A stretch of DNA of 64,000 bases from Gemmatimonadota bacterium. Lineage in GTDB: Bacteria > Gemmatimonadota > Gemmatimonadetes > Palauibacterales > Palauibacteraceae. Positions 18,187 to 29,327 of this stretch are shown here, one piece after another (the first letter of the stretch is position 1; each line of letters begins with the position of its first letter). Where the stretch lies: the NCBI GenBank assembly GCA_039588275.1, contig JBDHAC010000004.1, positions 33,010 to 97,009 on the forward strand, written 5' to 3'. The notes under the pieces were generated by a model. That model was given only the letters and a program-made list of their open reading frames with translations, was not told where the DNA came from and made no database searches. The position numbers and the translations under genes were made by a program.

Positions 18187-19590
18187 TCAGATCCCGCTGG
18201 CGAGGTCGAGGTTCGCGAACAGCGTCTCGGACAGGTCGATACCGTGCTCCTGCAGACGCTCGGCGCACTTCGGACGGATCCCCGTCGCGCGGAAGTCTCC
18301 CGCGACCTGACCTTCGGGCGTCACGCCTTCGCGCTCGAAGGTGAACAGATCCTGCATGGTGATCACATCGCCCTCCATCCCGACGATCTCCGCGATCGAG
18401 ACGATCTTTCGGTTCCCGTCCGAAAGCCGGGACACGTGGATGACGACGTCGATCGCGCTCGCGATCTGTTGACGGACGCCCTTCTCCGGGAGATTGAGGT
18501 TGGCCATCGAGACCATGGTCTCCAGACGGTGAAGCGCGTCCCTGGGAGTGTTCGCGTGCAGGGTCGTGAGCGACCCGTCGTGGCCGGTGTTCATGGCCTG
18601 GAGCATGTCGATCGCCTCGGAACCGCGGACCTCTCCGACGATGATTCGGTCGGGCCGCATGCGCAGCGAGTTGATTACGAGCTGCCGCTGAGTGACCTGG
18701 CCCGCTCCCTCGATGTTCGGTGGACGGGTCTCCAGCCGAACCACGTGCGGCTGACGGAGCTGCAGCTCCGCCGAGTCCTCGATCGTCACAATTCGCTCAG
18801 TGTGCGGGATCGATTCCGACAGCACGTTCAGAAGCGTGGTCTTTCCGGACCCGGTACCCCCCGTGATAAGCACATTGAGCTGCGCCTTCACGCACCCCTG
18901 AAGAAGCGTGAGCATCTCGCCGGTCAGCGATTGGTTGCGCCGAAGGTCATCTGAGGACAGGACATCCCGTCGGAACTTACGGATCGACAGATGAGGACCG
19001 TCGATCGCCAATGGCGGGATGATCGCGTTCACGCGCGAGCCATCCGCCAGACGGGCGTCGACCATCGGGGACGAATCGTCTATCCGCCGCCCCACCGCCG
19101 ATACGATCCGGTCGATGACCTGAAGGAGGTGACGGTCGTCCCGGAACCGCACGTCGGTCTTGTGCAGCCTACCGTCGATCTCGATGAACACCTGGTCGTA
19201 TCCGTTGACCAGGATATCGGAGATGCTCATGTCGTTGACGAGCGGCTCCAGCGGTCCGAGGCCGAAGACCTCGTTGATGACCTGCTCGACCAGCATCTCC
19301 CGCTCTTCGAGGTTGAGCGGAGTCTCTTCGCTCGCGAGCAAATCGCGCACGATCTTGCGGACTTCGTCCGCCGCCTCCTCCTGATCTCGCTCGCTCAGAT
19401 TTGCGAGATTGAGGCGCTCCAGGAGACGCCGGTGGACGCGGGTGCGGATCTCCTGCAGCTCGGTCGGATAGTCTCCCGAGCTCACCCAACCACTGTCCAG
19501 GTCCGGCTCGCTCCCGCGCTCCCAGGCGGCCTGTCCTCCACCCGTCGAGGCCATTGCCTCCTGCTCGGGAAGATCGGCTGCACTACTCAT
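18187..19590 (-). CDS. cpaF: Tad pilus assembly ATPase CpaF/TadA
   Basis: [49 protein letters not shown]. Confidence 0.96.
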   Translation of the reverse strand: MSSAADLPEQEAMASTGGGQAAWERGSEPDLDSGWVSSGDYPTELQEIRTRVHRRLLERLNLANLSERDQEEAADEVRKIVRDLLASEETPLNLEEREMLVEQVINEVFGLGPLEPLVNDMSISDILVNGYDQVFIEIDGRLHKTDVRFRDDRHLLQVIDRIVSAVGRRIDDSSPMVDARLADGSRVNAIIPPLAIDGPHLSIRKFRRDVLSSDDLRRNQSLTGEMLTLLQGCVKAQLNVLITGGTGSGKTTLLNVLSESIPHTERIVTIEDSAELQLRQPHVVRLETRPPNIEGAGQVTQRQLVINSLRMRPDRIIVGEVRGSEAIDMLQAMNTGHDGSLTTLHANTPRDALHRLETMVSMANLNLPEKGVRQQIASAIDVVIHVSRLSDGNRKIVSIAEIVGMEGDVITMQDLFTFEREGVTPEGQVAGDFRATGIRPKCAERLQEHGIDLSETLFANLDLASGI

Positions 19591-20872
19591 GGCTCTTCAC
19601 CTCATCCTTCGCGACCGCCCCTTGGCGCCCGTTTCGTCCGAACAAACCCGAGAGCCAGCCACCCGACCCCTCGGCTACGCGTGTCCCGGTCACCCTCGAG
19701 GCCAGCGACCGTATGTCCCTCGCGAACGTCGATTTCTGGTCCGCCACCGCCGGTCGCCCGGCGTTGATCGAGTTCATCACCGCCCGATAGTCGTTCCGAA
19801 GCGTCCAGAAGACGTCCATCTCCAAGGTCTTCTCGATCTCGGGGACCGTGATGGCCTGGTGAGGATCGAATCGGTTCACCAAGAGACGAATCCACTCGTC
19901 CGGCTTATGTCGACCGAAGCTCCGGACGAGCTGGAGGCACCGGGTCAGATTGCGAAGCGACGGGATGTCGGCGGTGGTGACCAGGTAGACTTCGTCCGAA
20001 TCCTCGAGGGCGCCGAGCGTGGCCGGCGTAAACGTCTTCGGGGAGTCCACGATGATGTAGTCGTAATGCTGCTTCAGGAAGCTCAGGACCTGACGGACCC
20101 TCTCGCTGCTGACGGCCTCGTAGTCGGCGGGCTGGTAGGGTGCCGACAGGATCTCGACGCCCGTGTCGTGGCGCTCGATGTACGAGGCGAGCAACCCGGA
20201 ATCGACGCGGTGGAAGTTCTTCATCAGGTCGACGACGCTGAATCGGGGCTCGACGCCCAGGACGAGGGCCGATTCACCCAACTCGAGATCGAGATCGACC
20301 AGGAGTGTCTTCCTGCGCGTAAGCCGGTGCATCTCGATCGCGAGGTTCGCCGCCACGGTGGTCGAGCCCGTACCGCCCTTCGCGCTGAAGACCATGATCA
20401 CCCGGCCCGGCTCAGCCGAAAGCCGCTCGACGTGACGCCCGGACTTTCGCAGCACGCGCTCGATGGCGCTCTCCAGCTTTGCCGACTCCACCGGCTTGCC
20501 CACGAACTCGGTCACCCCGGCCTGCATGGCCGCGAGGATGATCTCGGGGGCATCGGTGCTTCCGAAGGCGATCGTCGCGGCCGCCAGGTCCGAGTCGATC
20601 ACGAACTGCGCGAACTTGAGCCCGACGTGAGGGTCGCTCTCCAGATCGAGAAAGGCGATATCCGGCTTCAGGCCTCGCAACTGCTCGAGATGCGAGTCGT
20701 CGATCTCCGTGAACGGCGCGGTGATCGACTTCTCGATTGCCACATGCGTGGGGCTTTCCTCCAACCGCGCACGCAACATCTCCGTGAAATCTCCGTCCGC
20801 GGAGATCGCGACCGCCGTCAGGGAGCCGCCAGGATCTGACCGTTTATCTACAGGCGCTGCGCTCAAGGTCAC
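19583..20872 (-). CDS. cpaE: Tad localisation protein CpaE/TadZ (receiver-like + ParA/MinD-like domain)
   Basis: [14 protein letters not shown] receiver-like region, [10 protein letters not shown] deviant Walker A, LVDLDL. GTG start overlaps the tadG stop. Confidence 0.9.
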   Translation of the reverse strand: MTLSAAPVDKRSDPGGSLTAVAISADGDFTEMLRARLEESPTHVAIEKSITAPFTEIDDSHLEQLRGLKPDIAFLDLESDPHVGLKFAQFVIDSDLAAATIAFGSTDAPEIILAAMQAGVTEFVGKPVESAKLESAIERVLRKSGRHVERLSAEPGRVIMVFSAKGGTGSTTVAANLAIEMHRLTRRKTLLVDLDLELGESALVLGVEPRFSVVDLMKNFHRVDSGLLASYIERHDTGVEILSAPYQPADYEAVSSERVRQVLSFLKQHYDYIIVDSPKTFTPATLGALEDSDEVYLVTTADIPSLRNLTRCLQLVRSFGRHKPDEWIRLLVNRFDPHQAITVPEIEKTLEMDVFWTLRNDYRAVMNSINAGRPAVADQKSTFARDIRSLASRVTGTRVAEGSGGWLSGLFGRNGRQGAVAKDEVKSHE

Positions 20873-22083
20873 TCCACCAGTCTGAGTACTTTCACCACGG
20901 GACCGGCCCCCGGGTTGCTGCTCCCGAAGCCGATAGCCGGCATGATCCGGGCGTACACGTTCGCCTGACCGGGCGGCCCCGGATCGATGCTTTCGATGAA
21001 CACGCCCATGAAATGGCTGATCAAGAAGTGCGGCCCGCTGCCCTGTTGCGTAAAGGTGTTCGGGTTGAATGCGGGGACCGCACGATACCGAAGCCCGCCG
21101 GTCACGATCGCGTTCCCGTTGTTGGCATCGCGCGCGCACGTGCAGCTCGGGTCGTAGTATTGCCCCGAGTAGAGCGGGTCGTTGAGGATCTGCCGGAACG
21201 CATCCACGAGCGATTGCTTGTTCCCCGCCTCCCTCCACATAGGATCTGTCGGGACGTACCCGTCGTCAGGTCCATCGGGGCACCCCAGGATCCTCTCGCG
21301 AATCTCGGAGGTCCCGCTGACGCCCTGTGGGAGCCACAGGTCCCAGTAGCCCGGCTGCAAACGGCTGCTCGGCGGCGGACCCTTCCCCTTGCCGCCTTGC
21401 GACGGCAGGAGCGTGATCAGCTCGCCGATGATGTCGTATCCGACGTAGGCCGGGTTCGGGTTGCCGAACTGGTCGTACGGCTCCGGATAGTAATCGCCCT
21501 CGCTCGGATCCCATTCGAGGCTACCGAAGTTGACCCACCGATCCGGGAGGGCGACCGGAAGCAGGCAGCTCACGGACGCGGCATCGGGGGACCACTCGGC
21601 GGCCGCCACCGTCGCCACGTCCACGTTGGTCACGCCGAACATGCGTGCGAACAGGGTCGACACCGGGCTGCCATAGTTCTGAGTGCGCAGCACGCGGACC
21701 CGCACCTTGTCGGGGAGAAGCACGTCGATATCCTGATCGCGCAGAGCGATCTGATCGCCCCGGACGTCGTTCTGGCTCGCGTACTGCTTCGCCCACTGCC
21801 GAGCCTGCGCCGGATCTCCCGGCTTGTAGATGAGCGAGCCGGCTCCGGCCAACGCCGCACCGTCGGCCGTGCGCTGGGCCTCGCTGCGGGCGGTCATCAG
21901 CATGCCCATGTCGACCGCCAGCGCCGCGATGCTGATGAACACCGCGATGCCCAGCGCCACGAAGGCCGCGACGGCACCACGTTGATCGGTCGCCCAGCGG
22001 GCTCGTACCCGGCCCCGGCCGCGCCGTCGCTGCGCCCCGATGGGTGCGGGCGAGAACCCCGTCGTCGAATTCAACCGTCTCAT
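20869..22083 (-). CDS. tadG: TadG-like pilus protein
   Basis: DQRGAVAAFVAL...ALAVDMG...EAQRTADGAALAGA N-terminal Tad motif; ends VLRLVE. Confidence 0.85.
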   Translation of the reverse strand: MRRLNSTTGFSPAPIGAQRRRGRGRVRARWATDQRGAVAAFVALGIAVFISIAALAVDMGMLMTARSEAQRTADGAALAGAGSLIYKPGDPAQARQWAKQYASQNDVRGDQIALRDQDIDVLLPDKVRVRVLRTQNYGSPVSTLFARMFGVTNVDVATVAAAEWSPDAASVSCLLPVALPDRWVNFGSLEWDPSEGDYYPEPYDQFGNPNPAYVGYDIIGELITLLPSQGGKGKGPPPSSRLQPGYWDLWLPQGVSGTSEIRERILGCPDGPDDGYVPTDPMWREAGNKQSLVDAFRQILNDPLYSGQYYDPSCTCARDANNGNAIVTGGLRYRAVPAFNPNTFTQQGSGPHFLISHFMGVFIESIDPGPPGQANVYARIMPAIGFGSSNPGAGPVVKVLRLVE

Positions 22084-22148
22084 CTGTCCGCTAATCCGTC
22101 GTCTACGGTCTCGAGTTCCCGACCCTATCCCCGTCGATCCGGATACCG

Positions 22149-23483
22149 CTACGGGTTATCCGAGCCATCCGCCGAACGATCGTCCGGGTTCCGGATCGAC
22201 TTGTCCCACTTCCATGTCTCCGGCTCGTCGGTCGGAATCGGCGGCGCGTCATCGAGCGGCTGCACGATCCTCGGCGTCACCAGCACGAGTAGCTCCGACC
22301 GATTCTGGCGCATGTTCTTCGACTTGAACAGCTCACCGAGGATCGGGATGTCACCCAGGATCGGTATTTGGGCCACGTCTTCGATCAGCGTGTTGTCGAC
22401 CAGACCGGCGATCGCGAACGTCTGCCCATCCTCGAGCTCGATGGTGGTCTCCGCCTTCCTCGAGAGGAGAGAGGGGATCCGGAAACCCTGGATGGTCAGG
22501 CCGTTGGCGAAGTCCAGCGAGGAGACTTCGGGTGCGACCCACAGCCGGATCGCGCCGGAATTCGTGATGTCCGGAACGAAGCTGAGCCGGATCCCGAACT
22601 CCTTGAACTGGATCGTGACCGCGTTGCTCGCCGCGCCACCTTGCAGGGTGGGGAAGGGGAACTCTCCCCCAGCCAGGAAGGACGCCGACTCGGCTGGCAT
22701 CGCGAGCAGGTTGGGCTCGGCGAGGCTCTTGAACAACCCCCTGTTCTCGAGCGCCTGTACGAACGCCGCGACGCGCGAAGGGTCGTGGAAGATGAAGAAG
22801 TTCACCGCGTCAGAGAACGCCTCGGCGATCGGTGCGCCAGGCTGATCCTGATCGGCCGACCGGACGTTGTCGACGGGCCCGATGACGACGTCGACATTGC
22901 TACCGTCCCGCGTCAACAGGGTTGGTCCGAGCTCCTCCAGCCAGCTCCGGCTCACCTCGGCAAATCGCACTTGGAGGAGGATCTGTCCGAGATCCGGTAC
23001 CGCCATGTTGTCGATGATCTGGACATCGCCCAGGCTACGGGCCAGCTGCAGCGCTCGGCGCGCCACCTGTCGATCCTGCACCTGACCGGAGAGGATCACG
23101 GTGTTCACGATCGCGGACGCCTGGATCGTCTCGTCAGGGAATAGGCGCTCGAACTCTCGCTGCAGCGAGGCCGCGTCCGCAGTCACTCGGACCGTGTAGC
23201 TCGCTCGCGAGCCCGCCCGGTCCCAGATGAACAAGGTAGTCGAGCCCGGCGACTTCGCGGTCACGACGATCTCCGTGCCGGAGACGGGCACCACGTCCGC
23301 CACGTCCGGATTCCCGATCGAGACGCGGGCCATCGTCGCGCCGACCGTGACGACCGTAGAGTTGCCCGTCGGGAGCACGATCTCCTGGCTCACCTGAGCC
23401 TCGAGCGCTCCTCCGCTCAGGGCCACCCAGGTCGCGACCAGGGCGATCCCCACCACACGCCGTATCTTCATCCCGTTCACCAT
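22149..23483 (-). CDS. cpaC: Tad secretin CpaC/RcpA
   Basis: VSIGNPDVADV, QILLQVRFAEV, LAEPNL, SFLAGGEFPFP, IPILGDIPILGELFKS, ELLVLVTP. Confidence 0.95.
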   Translation of the reverse strand: MVNGMKIRRVVGIALVATWVALSGGALEAQVSQEIVLPTGNSTVVTVGATMARVSIGNPDVADVVPVSGTEIVVTAKSPGSTTLFIWDRAGSRASYTVRVTADAASLQREFERLFPDETIQASAIVNTVILSGQVQDRQVARRALQLARSLGDVQIIDNMAVPDLGQILLQVRFAEVSRSWLEELGPTLLTRDGSNVDVVIGPVDNVRSADQDQPGAPIAEAFSDAVNFFIFHDPSRVAAFVQALENRGLFKSLAEPNLLAMPAESASFLAGGEFPFPTLQGGAASNAVTIQFKEFGIRLSFVPDITNSGAIRLWVAPEVSSLDFANGLTIQGFRIPSLLSRKAETTIELEDGQTFAIAGLVDNTLIEDVAQIPILGDIPILGELFKSKNMRQNRSELLVLVTPRIVQPLDDAPPIPTDEPETWKWDKSIRNPDDRSADGSDNP

Positions 23484-23527
23484 CAGTCGAACCCTCTCTC
23501 GCTCACACCCAACGCCGCTTCCGTAGA

Positions 23528-24379
23528 TCACGACCCACCTCCGCCGCCGCCTTCGACGGGTTCGACCGATTTCGCGGGACCTCTGTAGACTTCGACCGAC
23601 ACGCCGGTTGGCTCTCGCGGCACCACCCGCCGCGCGCCTGCAGGTGTGGTCACGCGCCGCGTCGTGATCAGCTCGCGCGTCCGGACGCCCTGAGTCTCCA
23701 CCGTGTCCCGATCCAGCGTGTTTCGAAGTGCCAGACGGATCTTGCCGCGGTCCTCCGCGTGTGTGAGCCGCTCCGCATCGTCCGGATCCACCAGCAGCGT
23801 CACGACGGGGACCAGGACGGCCTGGTTCTCATCGTTGGTCGTTGTCATCTGGCCGATCCCCAGGACCTGGATGTCCTGAAGAACCACCTGCGTGATCGGC
23901 TCCCCGACCTGCGCGCCCTCCCCCAGAGTCACGAGAACATCGACGCGCTGGTGCGGCTGGACGAAGCCGGCCACCCCGATCACGTCGTTCACTCGCACGG
24001 CCATCGCCCGCATGCCCTCGTCGATTCCCAGCGGCACGCCGGCCCCCGCCTCGGGGCTGGCCACCTTGCTGGACAGGAAAGGCTCGTTCAGGCGAAGCGG
24101 CATCAGGAGCCCGCGCCCGACGACCTCCTCGGGGGTACTGGCAAACCCCTCGGGCACGACGGAGGCGGGCCAGTCGATCATCCGAATGTCTTGCTGCGTG
24201 ATGAGCTCCCCGAAGTTCATGTCGCGGTTCGCGACCACGACCTGGACGGTCGGAGCTTCAGAGGCCTGAATCACGCCCGGCACCGCGGGCTGTCGAAGGA
24301 AGCGGAACGCCAGATACGCCGCCAACAGGCCCGACACCAGCGCCAGTACCAGAATCACTCCCACACGATTTCGCATCAT
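23528..24379 (-). CDS. cpaB: Flp pilus assembly protein CpaB/RcpC
   Basis: SAF-like VVVANRD, GMRAMAVRVNDVIGVAGFVQP, RVDVLVT, IRLALRN. Confidence 0.93.
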   Translation of the reverse strand: MMRNRVGVILVLALVSGLLAAYLAFRFLRQPAVPGVIQASEAPTVQVVVANRDMNFGELITQQDIRMIDWPASVVPEGFASTPEEVVGRGLLMPLRLNEPFLSSKVASPEAGAGVPLGIDEGMRAMAVRVNDVIGVAGFVQPHQRVDVLVTLGEGAQVGEPITQVVLQDIQVLGIGQMTTTNDENQAVLVPVVTLLVDPDDAERLTHAEDRGKIRLALRNTLDRDTVETQGVRTRELITTRRVTTPAGARRVVPREPTGVSVEVYRGPAKSVEPVEGGGGGGS

Positions 24380-24563
24380 CCGCCTCTCGATTCCTCTTGG
24401 ATCGCCGCTGCCTTTGCCCGTCAGCGATATGTCTTGGATCGTTCTTTAGATTATGTACTCACGCGGTACACGACTCGGACTTCGATCCGCATCGCTCGCG
24501 AGCGAGGGGATCGGCATCGCAACTGTCCTTCTCTCTACTCGGTCCTCATCGGCGACCGAATCG

Positions 24564-25064
24564 TCAGGGTTCGTTCCTCATCGTCGAACGAGCGGTCAGG
24601 GTGATCGTCGTGTAATTGGTGCCGCACCCCACACACATCAGATCAAGAACCGGACCGAGGACCACGAACTGGTGCACGTAATCGATTTCCACCGTTTCAG
24701 ATGGGTTGTTCGGCGTCCCGAAAGCGCACAGACTGCCAGGCACCCCCTGGCAGTAGTACGTGATAGTCGCGGTCGGGGGGCCGGAGGCCAGCCCGCTCTG
24801 CGTGAGCAGGGTCGTGACATGATTGTCCACGCCAGCCTGATTCTGGTTGGGCATGACGCCCATCCTCACCCCCTCGCGGGCGACGTTCGTGATGACCTGG
24901 TACGTGCGCCATGCAGCGGCGAACTCGATGATCCCGAACACGATCACCAGCAGGATCGGTAAGGCGAGGACGAACTCCACGAGCGACTGCCCTCGCTCGA
25001 GCTTGCGCCCGCGGAGTTGAGCTGCCCGACGCCTGGTCGAGTGCCACGTTCTCCTGTTGGTCAT
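24564..25064 (-). CDS. tadE: TadE-like pseudopilin
   Basis: ERGQSLVEFVLALP...GIIEF...AREGVR. ATG at 25064 overlaps the cpaA stop. Confidence 0.9.
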   Translation of the reverse strand: MTNRRTWHSTRRRAAQLRGRKLERGQSLVEFVLALPILLVIVFGIIEFAAAWRTYQVITNVAREGVRMGVMPNQNQAGVDNHVTTLLTQSGLASGPPTATITYYCQGVPGSLCAFGTPNNPSETVEIDYVHQFVVLGPVLDLMCVGCGTNYTTITLTARSTMRNEP

Positions 25065-25645
25065 CCCAGCCAGCCTTGTAATGTCCCGATCAGGGACCAC
25101 TCCGGACTTGTCCCGTACACGAACCACGAAGTCACCGCGCCGACGGCTATCGCGACGCCGTATGGCACGGTCAGCACGTCTGGCGTGTCGAGGGTGACCG
25201 CCGCCCCCGATTCCGCCCCTTTCCAGCCGCTGAACGTCCGCGCGCCGAACGTCACAATGATCGCGTGCAGATTGGACAGGGTTTGGCGAAACGCCCGATG
25301 CTTCATGATCATCAAGATCGCCATCACCCCACCGACCAGCGCCATCACGAGCAACGCGAACCAGATCCGCTGGGGGCCCAGGAAAGCGCCCACCGCGGTC
25401 AGTAGCTTCACGTCCCCACCACCCAGCCCCCCGGTCAGGAAGAACGGGAGGGCGAGGCCGAAACCGATCCCCGCCCCGGCCAGCCCACCACTCAACGAAG
25501 CGAGGCCATCCGGCACCCGCAGCAGGAGCGCGAGCACCAGCGCACCGACGGTCAGCACGTTCGGGAGCCGTCGCTCGCGCAGGTCGAACCAGATTGCTGC
25601 AAGCGCCACGGCGCTCAGAGCGCCGCCCATCAGTGCCGTCAGCAC
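25061..25645 (-). CDS. cpaA: A24 prepilin peptidase CpaA/TadV
   Basis: WFDLRERRLPN, GGGDVKL catalytic Asp, VPYGVAIA. Confidence 0.92.
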   Translation of the reverse strand: MLTALMGGALSAVALAAIWFDLRERRLPNVLTVGALVLALLLRVPDGLASLSGGLAGAGIGFGLALPFFLTGGLGGGDVKLLTAVGAFLGPQRIWFALLVMALVGGVMAILMIMKHRAFRQTLSNLHAIIVTFGARTFSGWKGAESGAAVTLDTPDVLTVPYGVAIAVGAVTSWFVYGTSPEWSLIGTLQGWLG

Positions 25646-25790
25646 CCTCTACCTTACAGCTCGAGCGCGCGCTTCATCGCGTAATCCTCACCGTCGGCCA
25701 CAAACTACGTGGGCCAGCGCGTCGAGGCGAAACGAGCGCGGGTCAAAGGAGACATCGTCTTCGACCGGGCGCGTGTGTTCACGCAGATGC

Positions 25791-25973
25791 CTAGGAACCG
25801 CCCGACGTCGTGTTCAGAGTCGAGGCTGCGTTGCCGAACGCACCGTTGATTCCGGACGCCAGCACGGTCATCCCCGCTGTGATGGCGAGGGCGATCAACA
25901 CGACCAACAGAACGTACTCCGTAGCGTCCTGCCCGGACTCATCCTTCCAGAGTCGAGTAAGAACCCGCGACAT
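25791..25973 (-). CDS. flp: Flp type IVc pilin (60 aa)
   Basis: MSRVLTRLWKDESG|QDATEYVLL Flp motif. Strong AGGAGG RBS. Confidence 0.93.
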   Translation of the reverse strand: MSRVLTRLWKDESGQDATEYVLLVVLIALAITAGMTVLASGINGAFGNAASTLNTTSGGS

Positions 25974-26078
25974 AAAACCCCTCCTTGACCTCGTTGGCCT
26001 GTGGCTTGGCCTCGTTAGCCTTCCCTGCCGAAACGCGGCCAAGCCGGTTCCGGCGGCAATGTCGGACACCCACTCAAT

Positions 26079-26094
26079 TGCACGAGCCGTTCCT
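26079..26094 (-). promoter_or_regulatory. Putative sigma54 (-24/-12) promoter of the flp operon
   Basis: Minus strand reads AGGAACGGCTCGTGCA, i.e. GG-N10-GC, close to TGGCACG-N4-TTGC, about 105 bp upstream of the flp ATG. Confidence 0.55.
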
Positions 26095-26623
26095 CTCTCT
26101 CGCTCGCGTGAGGCCTGCCGCCGCCGGTGGCCAGGTCACTGACCTGCCGCGCCGGTTGAACTCACGCTCGCGGCGCTCCTGTGAAGGATGTGTGCCACGC
26201 GACCGAGGCGAACCGCTTCACGCCCGCCGAGCGTGCCGCGGATACCTGTAGTCGTTGTGCTGCTTGAACCTACCGAACACCGGCGCCCCCCCGGCCATGC
26301 CGCGGATTCCGCCGCCGGGTGCGCAGCGGGCCTGCCGCCTGCTGTCGGGCGAAGGCACCGGTGTTGGCAGGACTCGACACTCGGATACTAAGCGGTTCCG
26401 GATAGTCAAGATAGAAAGTGTCGGGAGAGCGGTCTTCCGCCCCCCATCGCGGGGTTCAGACCTACGGATGTGGCCCTACTCCGCCGGATGCCCGTCAACC
26501 CTCGGGATGGGGACCGCCGCTGCCGCCGCGTCGGTGCCACATTCTCGGGGCAGATCTCCGCGCAGCGACAGCCCCGGCATGGTGTTGCGTGCGTCCCTCA
26601 CTCGTAGGAGCAGGCTGCGCCGC

Positions 26624-28168
26624 TCAAGGCACGCAGAGCCCGTTTCCGTCGTGCTGGACATCGGGGACGGGCGTCCCCTTGAGGACGGCGAGCTGAGGAC
26701 CATCCAACCGAGCGAAGACCCCACCCAGGTCGTCCTCGTACACTTTCTCCCAGCCCGGTTGGAGCGACATCAGATTGAACGTCGGTCGAGCCTTCGGAAA
26801 CAGAACGAGATCGGTCGGGCGCTTTTCCAGCACGTCTTGCCATTCTCCGATTCCGTTCTGGAATCGGAGATACTCCGTGTAGATGCTGTCCGGGTACACG
26901 GTTTCCCGCCTCCCGTCCATCGAGATGCGGATCTCGGGGGCCAGGTGCCAGAGTGCGTACTCCCCCCAGTCGAAATACACCGCGAGGTTACCCTCAACGC
27001 CGCTGCGGTCGAGCCATTCGACCGCGCGAGCCGGAAACGAGATGGAGCGCTGCGTGTCGATTCGAATGCAGCGGAGGTGCGGCGCACCACGCGCCGTGAA
27101 CATGAGCGCGACGGCCAGGGTGAAGACGATGAGTACCGGGCGAAGTCGCGTAGTCGCCTCGGAAACGGGCTCCGGATCACGCGCCCACGACGCAGCCATA
27201 TGGTTAGCGAGGAGGACTCCGAAGCCGAGCGCGAAGAGCTGAAGGTGCCGCACCGCCGTGAGCGGTAGCACGGCCAGGACCGCGAAGAGCAGGAGCAGCG
27301 GCGGTCTGCGGGGCACGGTGCCGCGGAGCACGGCGAGACCCGCGAATAGGAGCGAGGCGAGGTATACGACTCCGCGTGGCGTTGCGATTTGGAGCGTCCG
27401 CCACTCGACGATGTCTGGCCGCGGAACCGTGCCCGTGCGGATGAGGAAGGACGGGAGGCCCCATCCGTAGGGATTGAGGAGCAGCGCGACGCTGCAGCCG
27501 GCCACCACAACCGCCGGGAGCCACAGCTCCCGCAGCCCATGGAAGCCGTCCGCCCGGAATCGAGGCCACGCCACCAGCGCTCTGCCGACGGCCCAGATTC
27601 CCACTACGCCGAGGCCGGCGAGGACCCCACCGTGGAAGTTGATCCACACCGCGAACAGCGGCGGGAGGAACCACAACGCGCGCTCCCGCCCCGTCTCGGC
27701 CGCATACAGGATGCGCAGGGTGATCAGGAACCCCAGGTAGGTGAAAGCCTGAGGACGAATGGTCGTCAGACCCGGTATCAGGAGCACGACGACGGGAAGG
27801 AGGACCAGACCGGCGCGCAACCCGTCGAGTCCCGCCCGACACAGGTGCCGGTACACGAGTCCCGCGATGAGAAGCGCCAGCGCGAGCTTGAACAGCAGGA
27901 GCGCGCGTCCGCCGCCCAGCGCGTACAAGCCGGCGAACACCACCTCCGACAGCAATTCGTGGTTCACCCACTCATGGCCCGCCGTCAGGTACGAGAACGG
28001 ATCCTCGCGGATGACGGACCCGGCCGCCCATGTGAGCTGGCCGAACCGGATGTGACCCCAGAGGTCCGGATCCGCCACGGCAGGGACCAGGAGAAAGAAG
28101 GCGATCGCCAGCATGAGGAGCGTGATACTGCGCGACCACCATCCCGAAGTGACTCCCTCACCCTGCAT
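26624..28168 (-). CDS. Polytopic membrane protein, GT-C-like glycosyltransferase candidate
   Basis: Many TM segments; first loop ADPDLWGHIRFG...DPFSY...WVNHELL; RPQAF, WINFHGG, and a C-terminal soluble domain (WGEYALW...MDGR). Confidence 0.7.
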   Translation of the reverse strand: MQGEGVTSGWWSRSITLLMLAIAFFLLVPAVADPDLWGHIRFGQLTWAAGSVIREDPFSYLTAGHEWVNHELLSEVVFAGLYALGGGRALLLFKLALALLIAGLVYRHLCRAGLDGLRAGLVLLPVVVLLIPGLTTIRPQAFTYLGFLITLRILYAAETGRERALWFLPPLFAVWINFHGGVLAGLGVVGIWAVGRALVAWPRFRADGFHGLRELWLPAVVVAGCSVALLLNPYGWGLPSFLIRTGTVPRPDIVEWRTLQIATPRGVVYLASLLFAGLAVLRGTVPRRPPLLLLFAVLAVLPLTAVRHLQLFALGFGVLLANHMAASWARDPEPVSEATTRLRPVLIVFTLAVALMFTARGAPHLRCIRIDTQRSISFPARAVEWLDRSGVEGNLAVYFDWGEYALWHLAPEIRISMDGRRETVYPDSIYTEYLRFQNGIGEWQDVLEKRPTDLVLFPKARPTFNLMSLQPGWEKVYEDDLGGVFARLDGPQLAVLKGTPVPDVQHDGNGLCVP

Positions 28169-28415
28169 CGCACCACCGTGTCATGCTTGCCGCCCCCTTG
28201 TCGACTACCCGTCCATACTCACGGTTCACGCGTCGATTCACCACATGGCTCGTTCGGGCCCGAATCGCCACAGCGAACAGCCGCTCCTTTCGGACCGCTC
28301 CCTCGCAAGAACCTTGCAGGCCCACGCGAGCGTGCTCCAGCGTACATTGGAGTGGCGCAGGGCGCGAGGACGCTCGGGCCTCTTTCTTCGTGGGAACTGG
28401 CAAGCAGGGGATGGC

Positions 28416-29327
28416 GTGGCGAACTGGGCGATCGAACATCTTCTGTCGACGCAGAATCCCGATGGGGGATGGGCAGCCTATGCCCGGGGTCCGAGCCGCA
28501 CCGAACCGTCGGCGCTGGCCGCGATGGCGCTACGTCTCACCGAGGAGACGGCTCGGGGCACGAGCACCGAGGCCAGCCTCGCCTGGCTGAGGCGTCACCA
28601 GGACCCGTCCGGCGGCTGGCCCGCGATGGAGGGCCAGCGGGCCGATAGCTGGATGACAAGCCTCGCGACGCTCGCTGTGTCACACTTCGAGCCCGAAGGC
28701 GAACCCGCTCGACGCGGCGCGGACTGGCTACTGCGGCAGGAGGGCCAGACTGCCTCGTGGTGGGTGAGGCTGCTCGTTCGGTTGCGACCGCAGAGTCAGG
28801 CGGTCGAGCTCGATCCCGACCTCATCGGCTGGCCGTGGACGGAGGGGACGTTCAGCTGGATCGAGCCGACTGCGTACGCGCTCCTGGCACTGAAGCGGCT
28901 ACGCCCCACCCTTCCCGCGAGATCCGCCGCCGGCCGGATCGAGATGGGGGAACGGATGATCATCGATCGCACCTGTCGCGGGGGCGGGTGGAACTACGGG
29001 AACTCGGTCGTTCTCGGCGAGGAGCTGTGGCCTTACCCGGATACCACGGCCCTCGCGCTACTCGCGCTGCAGGGACGCGCGTCGCCGGAGATCGATTCGA
29101 GCCTGACGAGGCTGTCGCGAATGCTGGAGGAGAACCGCTCCCTGCTAGCCGTATCCCTCGCGACGCTCTGTCTTCGCGCGTACGACCGGGCCGTTGGGGC
29201 GCTGCAGTCCGAGCTGACCGCGCGCGCCGGGCCGGAGACGGCGATGTTCGAGACCCGGCCGATCGCGCTGGCGGCCTTGGCGCTTGTCGAGAGTACGTCG
29301 CCCTGGAAGGTCGCGCGCGATGGTTGA
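28416..29327 (+). CDS. Prenyltransferase/squalene-oxidase (QW) repeat protein
   Basis: Repeats LLSTQNPDGGW, WLRRHQDPSGGW and CRGGGWNYGN, each followed by T..A.LAL. Start uncertain (frame open from 28113). Confidence 0.8.
   Translation: MANWAIEHLLSTQNPDGGWAAYARGPSRTEPSALAAMALRLTEETARGTSTEASLAWLRRHQDPSGGWPAMEGQRADSWMTSLATLAVSHFEPEGEPARRGADWLLRQEGQTASWWVRLLVRLRPQSQAVELDPDLIGWPWTEGTFSWIEPTAYALLALKRLRPTLPARSAAGRIEMGERMIIDRTCRGGGWNYGNSVVLGEELWPYPDTTALALLALQGRASPEIDSSLTRLSRMLEENRSLLAVSLATLCLRAYDRAVGALQSELTARAGPETAMFETRPIALAALALVESTSPWKVARDG

Noticed and set aside
24400..24430. c-di-GMP-I riboswitch before cpaB (GGCAAA on the minus strand)
   Set aside because: Could not identify the following GNRA-capped P2 stem or P3 elements.
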